64,000 bases of DNA from Macrostomum lignano. Lineage: Eukaryota. Below the pieces are notes generated by a model. That model saw nothing but the letters and a program-made list of their open reading frames with translations, was not told where the DNA came from and did no database searches. The stretch spans positions 238,730 to 302,729 of the forward strand of contig NIVC01001373.1 in assembly GCA_002269645.1 (NCBI GenBank), in the 5' to 3' direction. Shown piece by piece: positions 11,861-62,250 of the stretch. Numbering within the stretch: position 1 is the stretch's first letter; each line of letters opens with the position of its first letter. A program made the translations under genes and the position numbers.

Positions 11861-13929
11861 TTGAAAACGCGTAAAAGCACAGCTTTTAATGTCTGGAACT
11901 TGCGAAATTCAGGCACTTAGGTTTATTTAGCAATTCTCTAGCGACCAAGGTTTGTTATTTATGTTACTGCATGCGATGCTTAAAAAGGAAAATTCGGAGA
12001 ATCAAAGGAAGCGAGAAATTTTCAAATTTTTTATGATTCGTTTCTGACGCACACATCGTTTCAATTATCGCTGATTCGACTTCCACTCTCCTTGCATTGT
12101 GATTCTGAAGCAAGCTCGACACTTCAGTAGTCATTAATAGTTTTTATTCAGTTAAATAAGTATAAAGAGCCTTCATTTTTGGTTGTTTGTAGCAACTCAT
12201 TACAATTTATTGAACTTCAGTCAAGGACGATTTTAGATAGCTTTTTGAAACTATGAAGAATGTAAAACTTCATGTACATGCAGTATTGTTATGAATTCGT
12301 ATATTATGTATTATGGCTTTTGTATCTGACGGATTCTGAGTTTATAATTAAAACTTTCTGTAAAATCAGTCAATCTGCACTTTAGGCATTTTCACAGGCT
12401 AACTTACATGTAGATATGTGCTTAAGGCGACTTATATGTGTATTACATTTACTTGTACATTTACATATATGTAGTCTGCCACAAATTTTTTGGTGACTTT
12501 TTATAATCAGTAATCCCATATATCTACGACAATTATTATAATTTAAAGCATTATTGTAGTTGGAAAAGGATTTTGAAGTGAATTATTAATCGGTCGGCAC
12601 GCCAGACAAGATCGATCAGGTTTGTCACAGAATTGTCACTGTTTAAGATAGCTAGGTGACCGATACAATCTTGGTCATCTTTGCTTTACTTTTATACGTA
12701 CTTTACACACGTGTTTACGTGTACTTTATTCTTCTACACTATGAATTGGATATACTCGTATTACAGTGCCTTGACGACCCCTCTAGACACCATGCGACGG
12801 CCCACGCAGCTTTACTTTTCCGTGAATGAAATCCGCCATTTCGTGAAACGCGAGAATAATCACAGTAAAATTTCGACTCAATCCATACTGGATTGATATA
12901 CACAACTGGAAAAACGTCACATCTTGGAATCGTTGCCATAATTATCCCACGACGAGAGTCTCCTCGACGTGCGATATTTGAGAACACCGGCGGAGAGAGG
13001 CGCGCATAATTACATGAGTATGAGCCGCTTTTTGTCTGGCCAGGCCGGCACTTGCAATATGCGCGCCGCATTAAGAAGAAACCCGATTGACCGAGCAGAA
13101 ATCTGACACCCTGTGTGGTTTGATGGCCGCACAAAGGGTGCCTGTACACGCCGGCTGGCCTTGAAATAAGGATTCGCCAAGATTAGAAAAAATGTCGGCG
13201 CCAAAGCAAAGAAAAAAATAATCCAGATTTTGTTCAGCTGCTTAAGAAGCTTGTAGATGAGCCGGCAATCCCTGAACAAACAATTTTACAGTTAGAATAC
13301 ACCATGTTTGGCCAATCTGTAGCTGCAGGTGGGTCACATGGTCTCACCGCCCCGAGTTAAACTGCCTACAGCACTCCCCGTCTGACGCCCGGCCAGTCGT
13401 CTCCATTCCATTCCCAAGAATCCACCGCCAGTCGAGTGCTTATCCCAGCTGCATTAGTTGATTGTAGAGAAGTCTGGCCGTTCCCCAGACTCTGGCAGAC
13501 GCATTAATACATAATGCGCTCGATTTCACGTCAAAAAATGGGACATGCTGATGAGATAAGACGATAAGCCGAGGTAAATGTAAAAAGTGCAGGATTAAAA
13601 AGTCCGGAATGGCCTAGCTGCCATGCAGTGGCGAAAGCGGGACCTGGCCTAGTATTTTACCTGACGGACTTACAGTTCTTAGTGTAAAAATTGATTAAAC
13701 TAGACTTCAGTATATACATGCAATAATGAGCGTGCAAATCTCTTTAATACTGGAGAAATGGGAGCTGTAAGTCGGGAGTAAAGGAGAATAATTGCTACAA
13801 TTCGATCATTTTATAAATGTATAGTTGAAGTTCATTTCTTAGCTCATCCTCATCCTCGGAGGCTCTGAATCCACCAGATTAGGGTTTAAGAATGTGTGGT
13901 GCTTAAATGCTGATGCAGATTCCAAGTGT

Positions 13930-14340
13930 GTAGGAATTTCCGAGTGTGGGATTCCAAATGCAGGATTCCGAATGCGAGATTCCGAGTGTGGGATTCCGAA
14001 TGTGGGATTCCGAATGTGGGATTCCCAATGCGGCATTCCGAATGTGGGATTCCGAGTGTTGGATTCCGAATGTGGGATTCCGAGTGTGGGATTCCCAATG
14101 CGGCATTCCGAATGCGGGATTCCGAATGTGGGATTCCCAATGCGGCATTCCGAATGCGGGATTCCGAGTGTGGGATTCCCAATGCGGCATTCCGAATGCG
14201 GGATTCCGAGTGTGGGATTCTGAATGCGGGATTCCGAGTGTGGGATTCTGAATGCGGGATTCCGAATGTGGGATTCCCAATGCGGCATTGAGAATGTGGG
14301 ATTCCGAGTGTTGTATTCCAAATGTGGGATTCCGAATTCG
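13930..14340. repeat. 14-bp minisatellite (GGGATTCCGARTGY)n
   Basis: Seen directly. Confidence 0.95.
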
Positions 14341-14624
14341 GTAGGACATTCGCCAATAGAATACAAGTTTTAGGATATAAAATCGATGCATAGTTAATTT
14401 GATCGCTTTTTAGTTTATAAAAAAGAGGCTGAGGCTCACCAGCCGCTGCCGGGACCCAGCCAGACCCAATCTACTTGTCGGCTGATATGAGGCTCCAGTT
14501 CAAACTGGGGGTAAGAGGTGAATTTTGATTACCATGGTCGCCTTGGCCGGCAGGGCCGGACCAAACGAAGCTTTGGTATATTTTTTGCCAACAAGTCAGC
14601 GCTGAGCAGCTGCTCAATCAGTGC

Positions 14625-14720
14625 GGATTGATTGGCTGAGGTTGGTGCTCATGCTCACAACAGACGCAGGGGCAGGGGTGATTGGCAGCTCGCGGCGTCT
14701 GGAAGGGAGCCTCACGTGAT
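14625..14720 (+). promoter_or_regulatory. Candidate promoter: two reverse CCAAT boxes (GATTGGC) and a TCACGTGA E-box just upstream of the ATG at 14736
   Basis: Motifs read directly from the sequence. Function is inferred only. Confidence 0.3.
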
Positions 14721-14735
14721 CCGGGAGAACAAAAC

Positions 14736-16553
14736 ATGCTCAGAGTGCCTGCAGACATGCAGTCTGAAGAGCTGAAGAGACGCGAAAAATTACTATCAGG
14801 AGTTTGCCCAGTTGACCTAGAAGAGACAAAACTCGACAAGAAGAATTACATCGAGTCGTACTTTCTAGCGACGCAGTACACGCTGTAAGTGGGTTGTAAA
14901 ATGCAGTTCTGAAGTCCAAAAAGAGCATTTCAATAAGATCATCAATAATGTCCACTCATGTACTAATGACTAGTCATTGAACTCATTAATCCTCAATTCG
15001 AACTCATTAATCCTCAATTCGAACTTACGAACATTTCGAAGGCAAAAACTAGATAACCTCGTTCACATTATTATGACGTAGAATAAATAGAATCTTCAGC
15101 TTGCGACACATGCCTCTAAGACACTTTGAGTTTGAGACACATGACTCTGAGACACTTTGATATTGGGACTCGTGACACTTTGATATTGAGACTCGTGACT
15201 CTGAGACACTTTGAGATTGAGACACATGACTCTAGGACAGACACTTTGAGCTTGAGACACATGACTCTAAGACATTTTGAGCTTGAGACACATGACTCTA
15301 AGACACTTTGAGCTTGGGACACATGACTCTAAGACACTTTGAACTTGAGACACATGACTCTAAGACACTTTGAACTTGAGACACATGACTCTAAGACATT
15401 TTGAGCTTGAGACACATGACTCTAAGACATTTTGAGCTTGAGACACATGACTCTAAGACACTTTAAGCTTGAGACACATGACTCTAAGACACTTTGAACT
15501 TGAGACACATGACTCTAAGACACTTTGAGCTTGAAACACATGACTCTAAGACACTTTGAGCTTGAGACACATGACTCTAAGACATTTTGAACTTGAGACA
15601 CATGACTCTAAGACATTTTGAGCTTGAGACACATGACTCTAAGACATTTTGAGCTTGAGACACATGACTCTAAGACATTTTGAACTTGAGACACATGACT
15701 CTAAGACATTTTGAGCTTGAGACACATGACTCTAAGACATTTTGAACTTGAGACACATGACTCTAAGACAGACACTTTGAGCTTGAGACACATGACTCTA
15801 AGACAGACACTTTGAGCTTGAGACACATGACTCTAAGACACTTTGAGCTTGAGACACATGACTCTAAGACATTTTGAGCTTGAGACACATGACTCTAAGA
15901 CACTTTGAGCTTGAGACACATGACTCTAAGACATTTTGAGCTTGAGACACATGACTCTAAGACACTTTAAGCTTGAGACACATGATTCTGAGACATTTTG
16001 AACTTGAAACACATGACTCGCAAAATTTGAAACCCTTGACCCGTGTCTCCGTGGCTCTATGAACGCATATAACTGACTCAGACGACCCGATATTTGCACC
16101 GACCCCGCCGCCGCCACCGCCCGCCCATCAGCGCCGAGCATGGGCGCCGTGGACGGCATGACCCTGCAGGAGGTGACGCTGATGATGCAGCCCTTCGATC
16201 ACTGGACGGAGCGGCGGCTTGGCAGCAACGAAGCGGAGGAGAGCAGCGGCCAGGCGGGCGGGCCTCCGAGGGCAGCCGCGCACCGCAGCAGCTGGAGGCG
16301 TCAGGCCGGACCCGTAGCCGCCGAGGACAATCGCCACGAAGGCGGACTGTGCAGCCCGACAGCGATCAAGGTCCTGTGCTCGAGTCTCGCGATCCTATCC
16401 GCCCTCGGACTGCTGCTGTACCTCATCATGCGGGCCGCCATCGATGAGGAAGAGGAGCGGGAGGCCCTGCGGAGGGCGGTGGCTGCTGCCTGTTCTGCCG
16501 GCAGGAACGCCAGCAGTTGCGCAGCGGCGACGACTGCGGCTGCGACACTTTAG
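14736..16553 (+). CDS. Uncharacterised single-pass (type II) membrane protein, ~206 aa, 2 exons
   Basis: Exon 14736-14884 (donor CT|GTAAGT, phase 2) joins exon 16082-16553 (acceptor ctcag|) in frame. One hydrophobic helix, IKVLCSSLAILSALGLLLYLIMRAAI, lies near the C-terminus. I recognise no family. Confidence 0.6.
15110..16015. repeat. 31-bp minisatellite (TTGAGACACATGACTCTAAGACAYTTTGARC)n in the intron of the membrane-protein gene
   Basis: Seen directly. Confidence 0.97.
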
Positions 16554-16649
16554 GGAGTCACCGTCAGAGCAGTCTCAGAGCTGTGCAGGTTCTCTGAGTA
16601 GCTTTGCTTCGATTTGCCAGCTGCACAATAAGTTGTGAGCACTCACGCC

Positions 16650-17270
16650 TCCCAATCCCTGTCTGCATCCATACCCACCTCTCCCAGTCCCTGTCTGCAT
16701 CCATACCCACCTCTCCCAGTCCCTGTCTGCATCCGTATCCACCTCTCCCAGTCCCTGTCTGCATCCATACCCACCTCTCCCAGTCCCTGTCTGCATCCGT
16801 ACCCACCTCTCCCAGTCCCTGTCTGCATCCATACCCACCTCTCCCAGTCCCTGTCTGCATCCATACCCACCTCTCCCAGTCCCTGTCTGCATCCGTATCC
16901 ACCTCTCCCAGTCCCTGTCTGCATCCGTATCCACCTCTCCCAGTCCCTGTCTGCATCCATACCCACCTCTCCCAGTCCCTGTCTGCATCCATACCCACCT
17001 CTCCCAGTCCCCGTCTGCATCCATACCCACCTCTCCCAGTCCCTGTCTGCATCCGTATCCACCTCTCCCAGTCCCTGTCTGCATCCGTATCCACCTCTCC
17101 CAGTCCCTGTCTGCATCCATACCCACCTCTCCCAGTCCCTGTCTGCATCCATACCCACCTCTCCCAGTCCCTGTCTGCATCCATACCCACCTCTCCCAGT
17201 CCCTGTCTGCATCCATACCCACCTCTCCCAGTCCCTGTCTGCATCCATACCCACCTCTCCCAGTCCCTTG
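16650..17270. repeat. 32-bp minisatellite (CCAGTCCCTGTCTGCATCCRTAYCCACCTCTC)n
   Basis: Seen directly. Confidence 0.97.
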
Positions 17271-17356
17271 TCTGCATCTGGGGCTGCATGAGTCTGCCCT
17301 TTAATCCGCTCTGAATCTCTTTTCACCAAATTTGAACTGTTTTTCTGCTTTTTTAA

Positions 17357-17988
17357 CATCGCGTGGAACAAAAGTCATGTTGTTTAGGCCGTAAGTCATC
17401 TAAAAATAAATATTTTTCAATGAAATTTTATGCTCAAAGAAGCATTACCATAGCTGCCGAAAATCAAGCAAATCAACTTCGACGTGTCCATAGTGCGTGC
17501 AAAAAGCTGAGGAAGCGAAATTGGAAGAATGGATCCGGACCAGACCAATTTCAATTTTATGCAGCAACTCGTCATGCGGAAACTCGGAGATTCAGGCACT
17601 GGAGTTCATCAAGACCTGCATGGTTGCCGCTTGGGGTGATTGTGTTCCATCTCTCCGGACTGTATCAGATACAGCACCGATGAATGAAGGACGTCAAGGA
17701 CGCCAAGGTGCTCAAGAACACATGAGCTGAACCCAGAACGCGCTCCGTGGCGCGACCTTCAACAGCTGTCAAGAGGTTGAAGATGCCGCATTGCAGATGT
17801 TGCGAGGGAGGCCTCTCTTAAAGTGCCCTCAGAGACCAGGTCATCCTGCTGGAGGACCACTGCCAGCGTGTCATGAAGCAAATGGACATTACATGCATGT
17901 TACTGGCAAGAGTTATCAAATGTTTTTAAGATTTTACCAAATTCTTCAACTGGCGGCACTAACAACAGGACTGTTGTTCCACCCGAAG
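17357..17988 (+). mobile_element. Internally deleted mariner (Tc1/mariner) element with ~30-bp imperfect TIRs
   Basis: The left end (catcgcgtggaacaaaagtcatgttgtt) matches the reverse complement of the right end (cttcgggtggaacaacagtcctgttgtt), and TA follows the right end. Inside are an HTH-like AAWGDCVPSLRTV segment and the C-terminal LRGATFNSCQEVEDA...EANGHY. The catalytic DDD region is missing. Confidence 0.75.
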
Positions 17989-18149
17989 TATAGAATCTTT
18001 TATATTTTTAGAAATTATACCCAAGCGGCGTCGCCATGGATTTTATGGTCGGGGGACAAAGGCAAGAATTTTACATGTACATGTACATAACTAAGTTCTT
18101 ACATGTACGAGTACATTACTGATTGTATTTTGACAATCGGTGTTGTCAG

Positions 18150-18605
18150 CGCTCATTTTAGCGCCATAGGCAATCATTTTAGCGCCGCAGGCAATCATTT
18201 TAGCGCCATAGGCAATCATTTTAGCAATCATTTTAGCGCCGCAAGCAATCATTTTAGCGCCATAGGCAATCATTTTAGCGCCGCAGGCAATCATTTTAGC
18301 GCCATAGGCAATCATTTTAGCGCCGCAGGCAATCATTTTAGCGCCATAGGCAATCATTTTAGCGCCGCAGGCAATCATTTTAGCGCCATAGGCAATCATT
18401 TTAGCAATCATTTTAGCGCCGCAAGCAATCATTTTAGCGCCATAGGCAATCATTTTAGCGCCGCAGGCAATCATTTTAGCGCCATAGGCAATCATTTTAG
18501 CGCCGCAGGCAATCATTTTAGCGCCATAGGCAATCATTTTAGCGCCGCAGGCACTCATTTTAGCGCCATAGGCAATCATTTTAGCGCCGCAGGCACTCAT
18601 TTTGG
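18150..18605. repeat. 21-bp minisatellite (TTTTAGCGCC[AT/GC]AGGCAATCA)n with a 180-bp higher-order duplication
   Basis: 18181-18360 is identical to 18361-18540. Confidence 0.95.
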
Positions 18606-20714
18606 TGCCGCAGGTGCTATATATATTTTGGAGCCCTGAAACAAAATTATTGATTTCCATAACTGGCTACAAGGTGGGGTGGGGTGACAAAACATTGGCA
18701 TGTCCCTCATAGCTTTTACTGCAGGAGACATGTCCCCCCAGCAGTCCCCCCCGATGGCGACGCTGTACTGAAAAGAGTGACCGTTTACAATTCTAAAAGG
18801 CGCGTACGAACTTAACTGTGTATGATTGTAAAATTAATTCTGTAACAATTCAAATCAAACTAATAACCAGGTTGACTAATGAAACAGTCTGATGTTACTA
18901 AAAACATTAAAACTCTTTCACATCTCGTACGCTCGAAGTCTGGAATTTTTCATGATCCTTAATAGTATTTTTGTGCATTAACACAATGTACCAATCGAGA
19001 GCAAGTTCGACTATACATCATTTGATCTTAAAATAAAACACAAAAAGCAGAACAGTAAGAGTTTAACACAGAGTACTCACTGTGTTGCTGGAAAGCAACT
19101 TTTAATATACATTCTCTTATTTACTATATATAATGAATTGTATAATTTCTTTGTAACCAACATATATAGATGCGACGATGTCAATATAAAGCGCGTTAAC
19201 CAAAGCACAGATTAACAAAAACAAAATCAACCCATGGGTTGCCCAATATCATCAAATGGATTGATTCGCTTAAATTTTAATGTAAGATTGCACAGATAAA
19301 TCATTTTGCGCGAAGGATTCTCAAGGGATTCTAAGGTGCTATAGACGTGCTTTTCGAATAAGCAAGACGAAAATTGCCTCAGATTATGCTTCAGGTACGT
19401 AGCAGGCAGAAGAAAAGCCGACTTTCTGCTACAGCAAAACTTTTTGCTGATCCAAAAAATTGGACAATGATGGGAATGAAAATGTAAAGATAACAATGTC
19501 CTGAATGTTAAGTAGCGCTTTTAAAAGTAAATAATAAATACTATGCAATGCAGTATCACGTGTAACAATATGGAGATAAAAGGAACGTTTATGTCGGCGA
19601 ACAATTAATTATGCCATTTTATTAATAAAACAAGTATACAGCATTTTTATTGTTAGCTGTATTTTTAAACTTACTAATGACTAGCTTAGTATTATATTAA
19701 TGTATTAAAAAGACAACGATTGAAAACAAAACGCTAAAGATTAACAAAATAATTAGGTTTAACCTTCACACGTGTAAATTGAAAAATCTATTTTTTATAA
19801 TCTATTTATGTAACCCAGACAGTTATAAACAAAGTTATTCGTTATGCATAAATCGTCAGTCTTGACTTTATTAAAAACATTTTTTTGATGGTTTATGGTG
19901 TCGAAATAGTCTAATTTCGTTGTAATACTATACCGTTGATAATATTTGTTGTTTTAATGAACGAAAAAATATACATTAAAAACAAGTCTTTATGACAACT
20001 TTTGACACAAAAATTAAAAATAATGGCGCAACTACGAAAATTCTATTACGTCAGATAAAAGCGATCTATTATTCATTTACGTCACAGAAACTCTGTCGCG
20101 ACACAAACCATTGTGACTTGCCCAAAAAATAGTCGAAATTAGTCGAACATATTCGTTTTCACAGAAAACTGAAACTAGTGAAAAAATAGACAGCAGAAGC
20201 AACAACAATATTTAGGTGTTTTTCAGCAAACCATGAGTAACTAAAAATTATAATTCAGTTCCACCTGTGCACGACTAGAGGTAAAACAAAATATAAAAGT
20301 AAACAATAAACAATGATTACATGTGACAACAGCACGAAAATAAAAATGAAAATAACACACCACAGACACATCGGGCAAGAGAATAGAAAACAAAAGCAGA
20401 CTTAATATATGCATTCATATAAAGCATCTTAGGCTATTTCAGTAACTAAAAGCTAAACAATATGTGGAAAGTTTTTTGTCGTAAAATACACAAATTAGTT
20501 TGCATCAGAGCAGAAAATTAAAATTGGCGGAATGGATTGCGTTTCCAGGAATTGTAAACATCTACCTTTGCCGAGTGTGTATTTAAAGTGCGGCATATTC
20601 TTTAGATAAGTTCTGACGCACGTCTTAGCATAGGAATGCGCTCCACTATTATTTCTGCTAAGGATATAAGAGACATCCTTTTATAATATTTGATAGATTT
20701 GTAAGGCCGGGTAG

Positions 20715-21250
20715 TTCTCTGAGTAGGTCTAGCACTTCTCTTAGTAAGTCTAGCACTTCTTTGAGTTTTGGTGTCTAGCACTGGGGTCTAGCACTCTGGC
20801 ACTCTAGCACTCTAGCACTGGGGTCTAGCACTCTGGCACTCTAGCACTGGGGTCTAGCACTTTGAGGTCTAGCAATTCTCTGAGTAGGTCTAGCACATCT
20901 CTGAGTAGGTCTAGCACTTCTCTGAGTAAGTCTAGCACTTCTTTGAGTTTTGGTGTCTAGCACTGGGGTCTAGCACTCTGGCACTCTAGCACTCTAGCAC
21001 TGGGGTCTAGCACTTTGAGGTCTAGCAATTCTCTGAGTAGGTCTAGCACATCTCTGAGTAGGTCTAGCACTTCTCTGAGTAAGTCTAGCACTTCTCTGAG
21101 TAGGTCTAGCACTTCTCTGAGTAGGTCTAGCACTTCTCTGAGTAGGTCTAGCACTTCTCTGAGTAGGTCTAGCACTTCTCTGAGTAGGTCTAGCACTTCT
21201 CTGAGTAGGTCTAGCACTTCTCTGAGTAGGTCTAGCACATCTCTGGGTAG
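20715..21250. repeat. 21-bp minisatellite (TCTGAGTAGGTCTAGCACTTC)n with interspersed TCTAGCAC variants
   Basis: Seen directly. Confidence 0.95.
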
Positions 21251-21378
21251 GTCTGAGAGCGCTCTGTATTCCTGACTAAAAACGTCAACTCAACATTTAA
21301 TTCACAAAACTGTGCCGCAATTCTGTCACAGGGAAAGAGGCAGGGAGAGAGAGAGAGAGAGAGAGGGATCGGCGCCTG

Positions 21379-58731
<37,353 letters not shown>

Positions 58732-60010
58732 TCTGAGCTGTTGGCGTTGGTGTATTTATTGTGGAGAAAGATATGCAGTAGACTATTTTTCATGCTTTTA
58801 TTAGTGCTCCATTATGATCTCCTGGCTAAGCCTCGAAAAATTTCTCTGAAAATGTAGCTTAAAAATTGGAACCAACGATAAAACCGGTCTATAAAATGTT
58901 GTTAACAGAATTCTATTTTAAAGAAATATATTTTTTGTACTTAATAGCTACTAATAAATGAGATAAAATTTTGTTCTAAAAAGGAGTAATATAAGTAAAC
59001 AGTTAAATTTGTTAAGACTTAGCAAATAAGACCGTGAGTTTGTTGGCTTTTTATTCATAGCACGTGCGATACAGCTTTATTAAGCACGACCAGGCCCAAA
59101 TTAGTGTAAACAATCAGTTACAGAACACAAGGGTGTCGCTACTCTTGATGCCCTGTAGCTGTGATCCGTTATGGAAATCGAGAATTTCGCTGGAGTGTTC
59201 AGAAGTTCAGATTTCAGGGTTGAGTTGAGTGCAAAAATCAGTGTTAATGGCAAAACAACATTGATTCCCAAAATATTATAGGACTTTTGGTTTCTTGGCT
59301 TTGCCCCTCCACCATAAAATCCTTGGCGACACTTCTGCTCAGACACGTAGGCCTATATTGTTTTTCTTTGTTTTATTTGAAGGTGATTTTTAACCTTTAA
59401 TCTAATTCAAAGTCTAAAGCTTTTAAATAAATTAGGGGCCTAAGTGAAAGAAAAGTTGGCCTTTCTAATAATACTGTAAGAATATATAGCTATAGAATCT
59501 ATAATGATTTATGTTTGCTGTTTTTTACTCATATAAATAGGCCTAGGCCCTAACTTTAATAAGCCTTATAATACTTTAATAGAAGCCTACACTGCATGTA
59601 TAATTACATGTATTATAATTTATTATTTATAACTTGCAAGTGCAACAATTATACTTAGGGCCTATTAAGTTCCTAAAAGGTTAGTTATTAGGCCTAGCTT
59701 TATAGCTTCAAATTTAACTATGCCCTATATATAGCTAGGCTAAAAAATAAAATTTTATTTTTATCTCAATATCTCAGGCCTAATATTTGTATTTTAGATA
59801 GAATTATTATTTTTAATTTTAAGATAGAATTTCATTGCCTTTAGGCTTAAGCCTAGCCTAGGCCTAGTTTTAGACAGTTTTAATTTAAGTCAAGGTCTAT
59901 TATATAAAGTATGAAGCTAGCAATGGACAGTGGTCTAGGAGCAGATCTACCTAGTCTGGTCTTAGAAGGCACTTTTAGAGATGATCCGCAACATTTGCAA
60001 TAAGTAATCT

Positions 60011-60115
60011 TCAAACCTCTTGATAGCTATTGGCATTCTTTAGCCAAAAGAACATAAATTGGTCACATAGGTTTAGATTGGGACTATAGGGGCTCTGCCA
60101 AATCATAGTAATAGA
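60011..60115 (-). mobile_element. Tc1/mariner transposase C-terminal relic
   Basis: QSPYSPNLNLCDQFMFFWLK..SYQEV resembles the mariner (P)YSPDLAPxDFxLFxxLK motif. I did not identify any ends. Confidence 0.5.
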
Positions 60116-62250
60116 GTTATTGCAGGAAATCCCAAGAGTCATGCAATATATAGTCAAGCATTGTCTATTTGCAAGCTGATCTTGCTCAGACCTCAGTTGA
60201 ACTGGGTTGGACTTTGAGTGCAAAGTATGCTATAGGTTTCTAGTTTGCTTAAGGTAGCTCAGTATTTGCTTGGTATCCATTGTCTCTTTCTAAGGCAATA
60301 CAATGACTAAGAATTGCTTTATGGCTATGAACATGACTATCAGTAGGGACTTCCACTTTGTCATTATATTTGGTTGCAAAACCTTCTTTTGGAGCTTTCT
60401 CCTCTCAAGCCAAGTCCTATTGTCAGTTTTGGTTCTATAAGCATCCTAGGATACCTAGGCCCCTATGTCTTGTCTTGAACAGTGTACCAATTATACTTTT
60501 CCTCTATCCTTAGCATAACCCATTACAATTGTATGGCAGAATTGACTTGCATCTGTCTCTGCTCATTCCTGAAGTTGTAGAGTACCTACACAGACCACAC
60601 CTACCTTAGCTGTAGGTCTTCTCAAAGGATGCAAAGTATTGTGCTATGGTCACTAGTCAGATGCTCAGCTAGATCACGAGATGAGATATGGGGATCCTTA
60701 CAGATCATTTCCTTTACCTTCATTGCTATTTCACTTGTCTTTGAGCTCTTTGGCCAGCTAGGTCTGTCACTATTGCTAAGCACTTCCTACGAGTGCCTGA
60801 AGGAAGGACAAAATATGACACTCATATGTCCTATCATTGACATCTTTCATCTAATGCTGTATGGTTCTTAGGGATGAAACAGCACTGTCCCAAGCAGGTT
60901 TTAGATCTTGGTTGACTTTGGTAGCTCAATCACTGAGCTTTAGTCAGGTAGCCATATAAAACTAAAAATACATCTCATCAGGCTCCATGTTTCAACTATA
61001 TTTTCCTAGGCTCGTTGAATGCCTTAAAGACACTCAAAGGTTTTAAGCCTGGCTTTAAGTGAGTTTTTCTTGTGGCAAGCCAGTTTTTTTGTAGCTAGTT
61101 TGTCTATGGAAATTTTTGATTTAGGTGAAAAATTATATAATTATAGCTATTTTTAGCAGAGTTATATTATAAATGACAAGACTTTTGTTCCATCCAAAAT
61201 ATATAGGTTTTTAAAAAAATTCATTGGTATTAGCTTTTAAAAAACTGATTAACTCCTAAATTCCTCAAGTTGATTGAAAGTTAACTGATAATTGTTAATA
61301 AGCTTGATCCATTAACATTAACTTAGAAAATATAAGAATTTTGCACTTTTTCCAAAACTCACTTTATAATGCATTCTTCTATCTTTTTAGCAAACATATA
61401 GAGGTCACCAACCTATTTATTTGGAACTTGAAATCTAATTAGTTAATAATAAAATATAAACAAGGTTGTTTCAGTAGTACTAACAGGCATAGCAGAAACT
61501 TACAAAGTTTGGGAAAGAAATGAATAAAGGAAATGCTCATATGCAACCAAAAAGCTTACAATTTTAATTTATTCCTAGAGTTTGTAAGTAAAAAGTTGTT
61601 TAACTTACATGTTTATCATCATAAATAAAGTCAATAATTAGGCACTTGGATAAATTAGACTGTTTGTAATGTTGTAACTTCTTGTAGGACTTATATTTTT
61701 GTTCTTTTTTGCATCTATGGTGTCATTTGCATTGTCATTAATGTTAACAATGAATTTTTCATTAAGTCAAAAAATTATTAGTGCAAATTCATTAATCCAT
61801 TAGTGCAAAAAATCTTAATGGCAGTCCATTAATGTTAAATGAACACTTATTAATGCTTATTAATGGACTTGTGTCTAACACCAGTAATGGGTAAAATTAA
61901 AACCAATAAGGTACATATAGTCTGTTTATACAACATAAGAGAACTTAAGCAAAGAAAACTTAAGCATAGCAATTAATTATCTAGCTAATATTATATAACT
62001 TTTTTGTTTTAATAGCTTGATGAGACTCCAAAATCAATAATATAGATTTTACTTTGAACAAAATATACTAGGTTATTATTTTCTTATACAGCTTGTGATT
62101 AAACAGTATTAATTACAAATTATACAAAATATGCTATTAAAAATGTGCTCAGAAATGCAAAAAGATTTCCCTGTTTTTCTCTATTTCAGTATTTGGTTAA
62201 AATATTGCAGCTCGCAAGTGCATTAAAAGCAGCAATTTCGAGAGCAAGCA

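Noticed and set aside
12600-13700. Possible ncRNA or SINE in the LMAN2/orphan intergenic region
   Set aside because: No tRNA cloverleaf, A/B boxes or snRNA motifs that I could confirm
16564-17371. 215-242-aa repeat ORFs in several frames
   Set aside because: A 32-bp satellite is open in multiple frames on both strands
19200-19520. Possible decayed transposon ORF in AT-rich DNA
   Set aside because: Multiple stops and no diagnostic motif recognised
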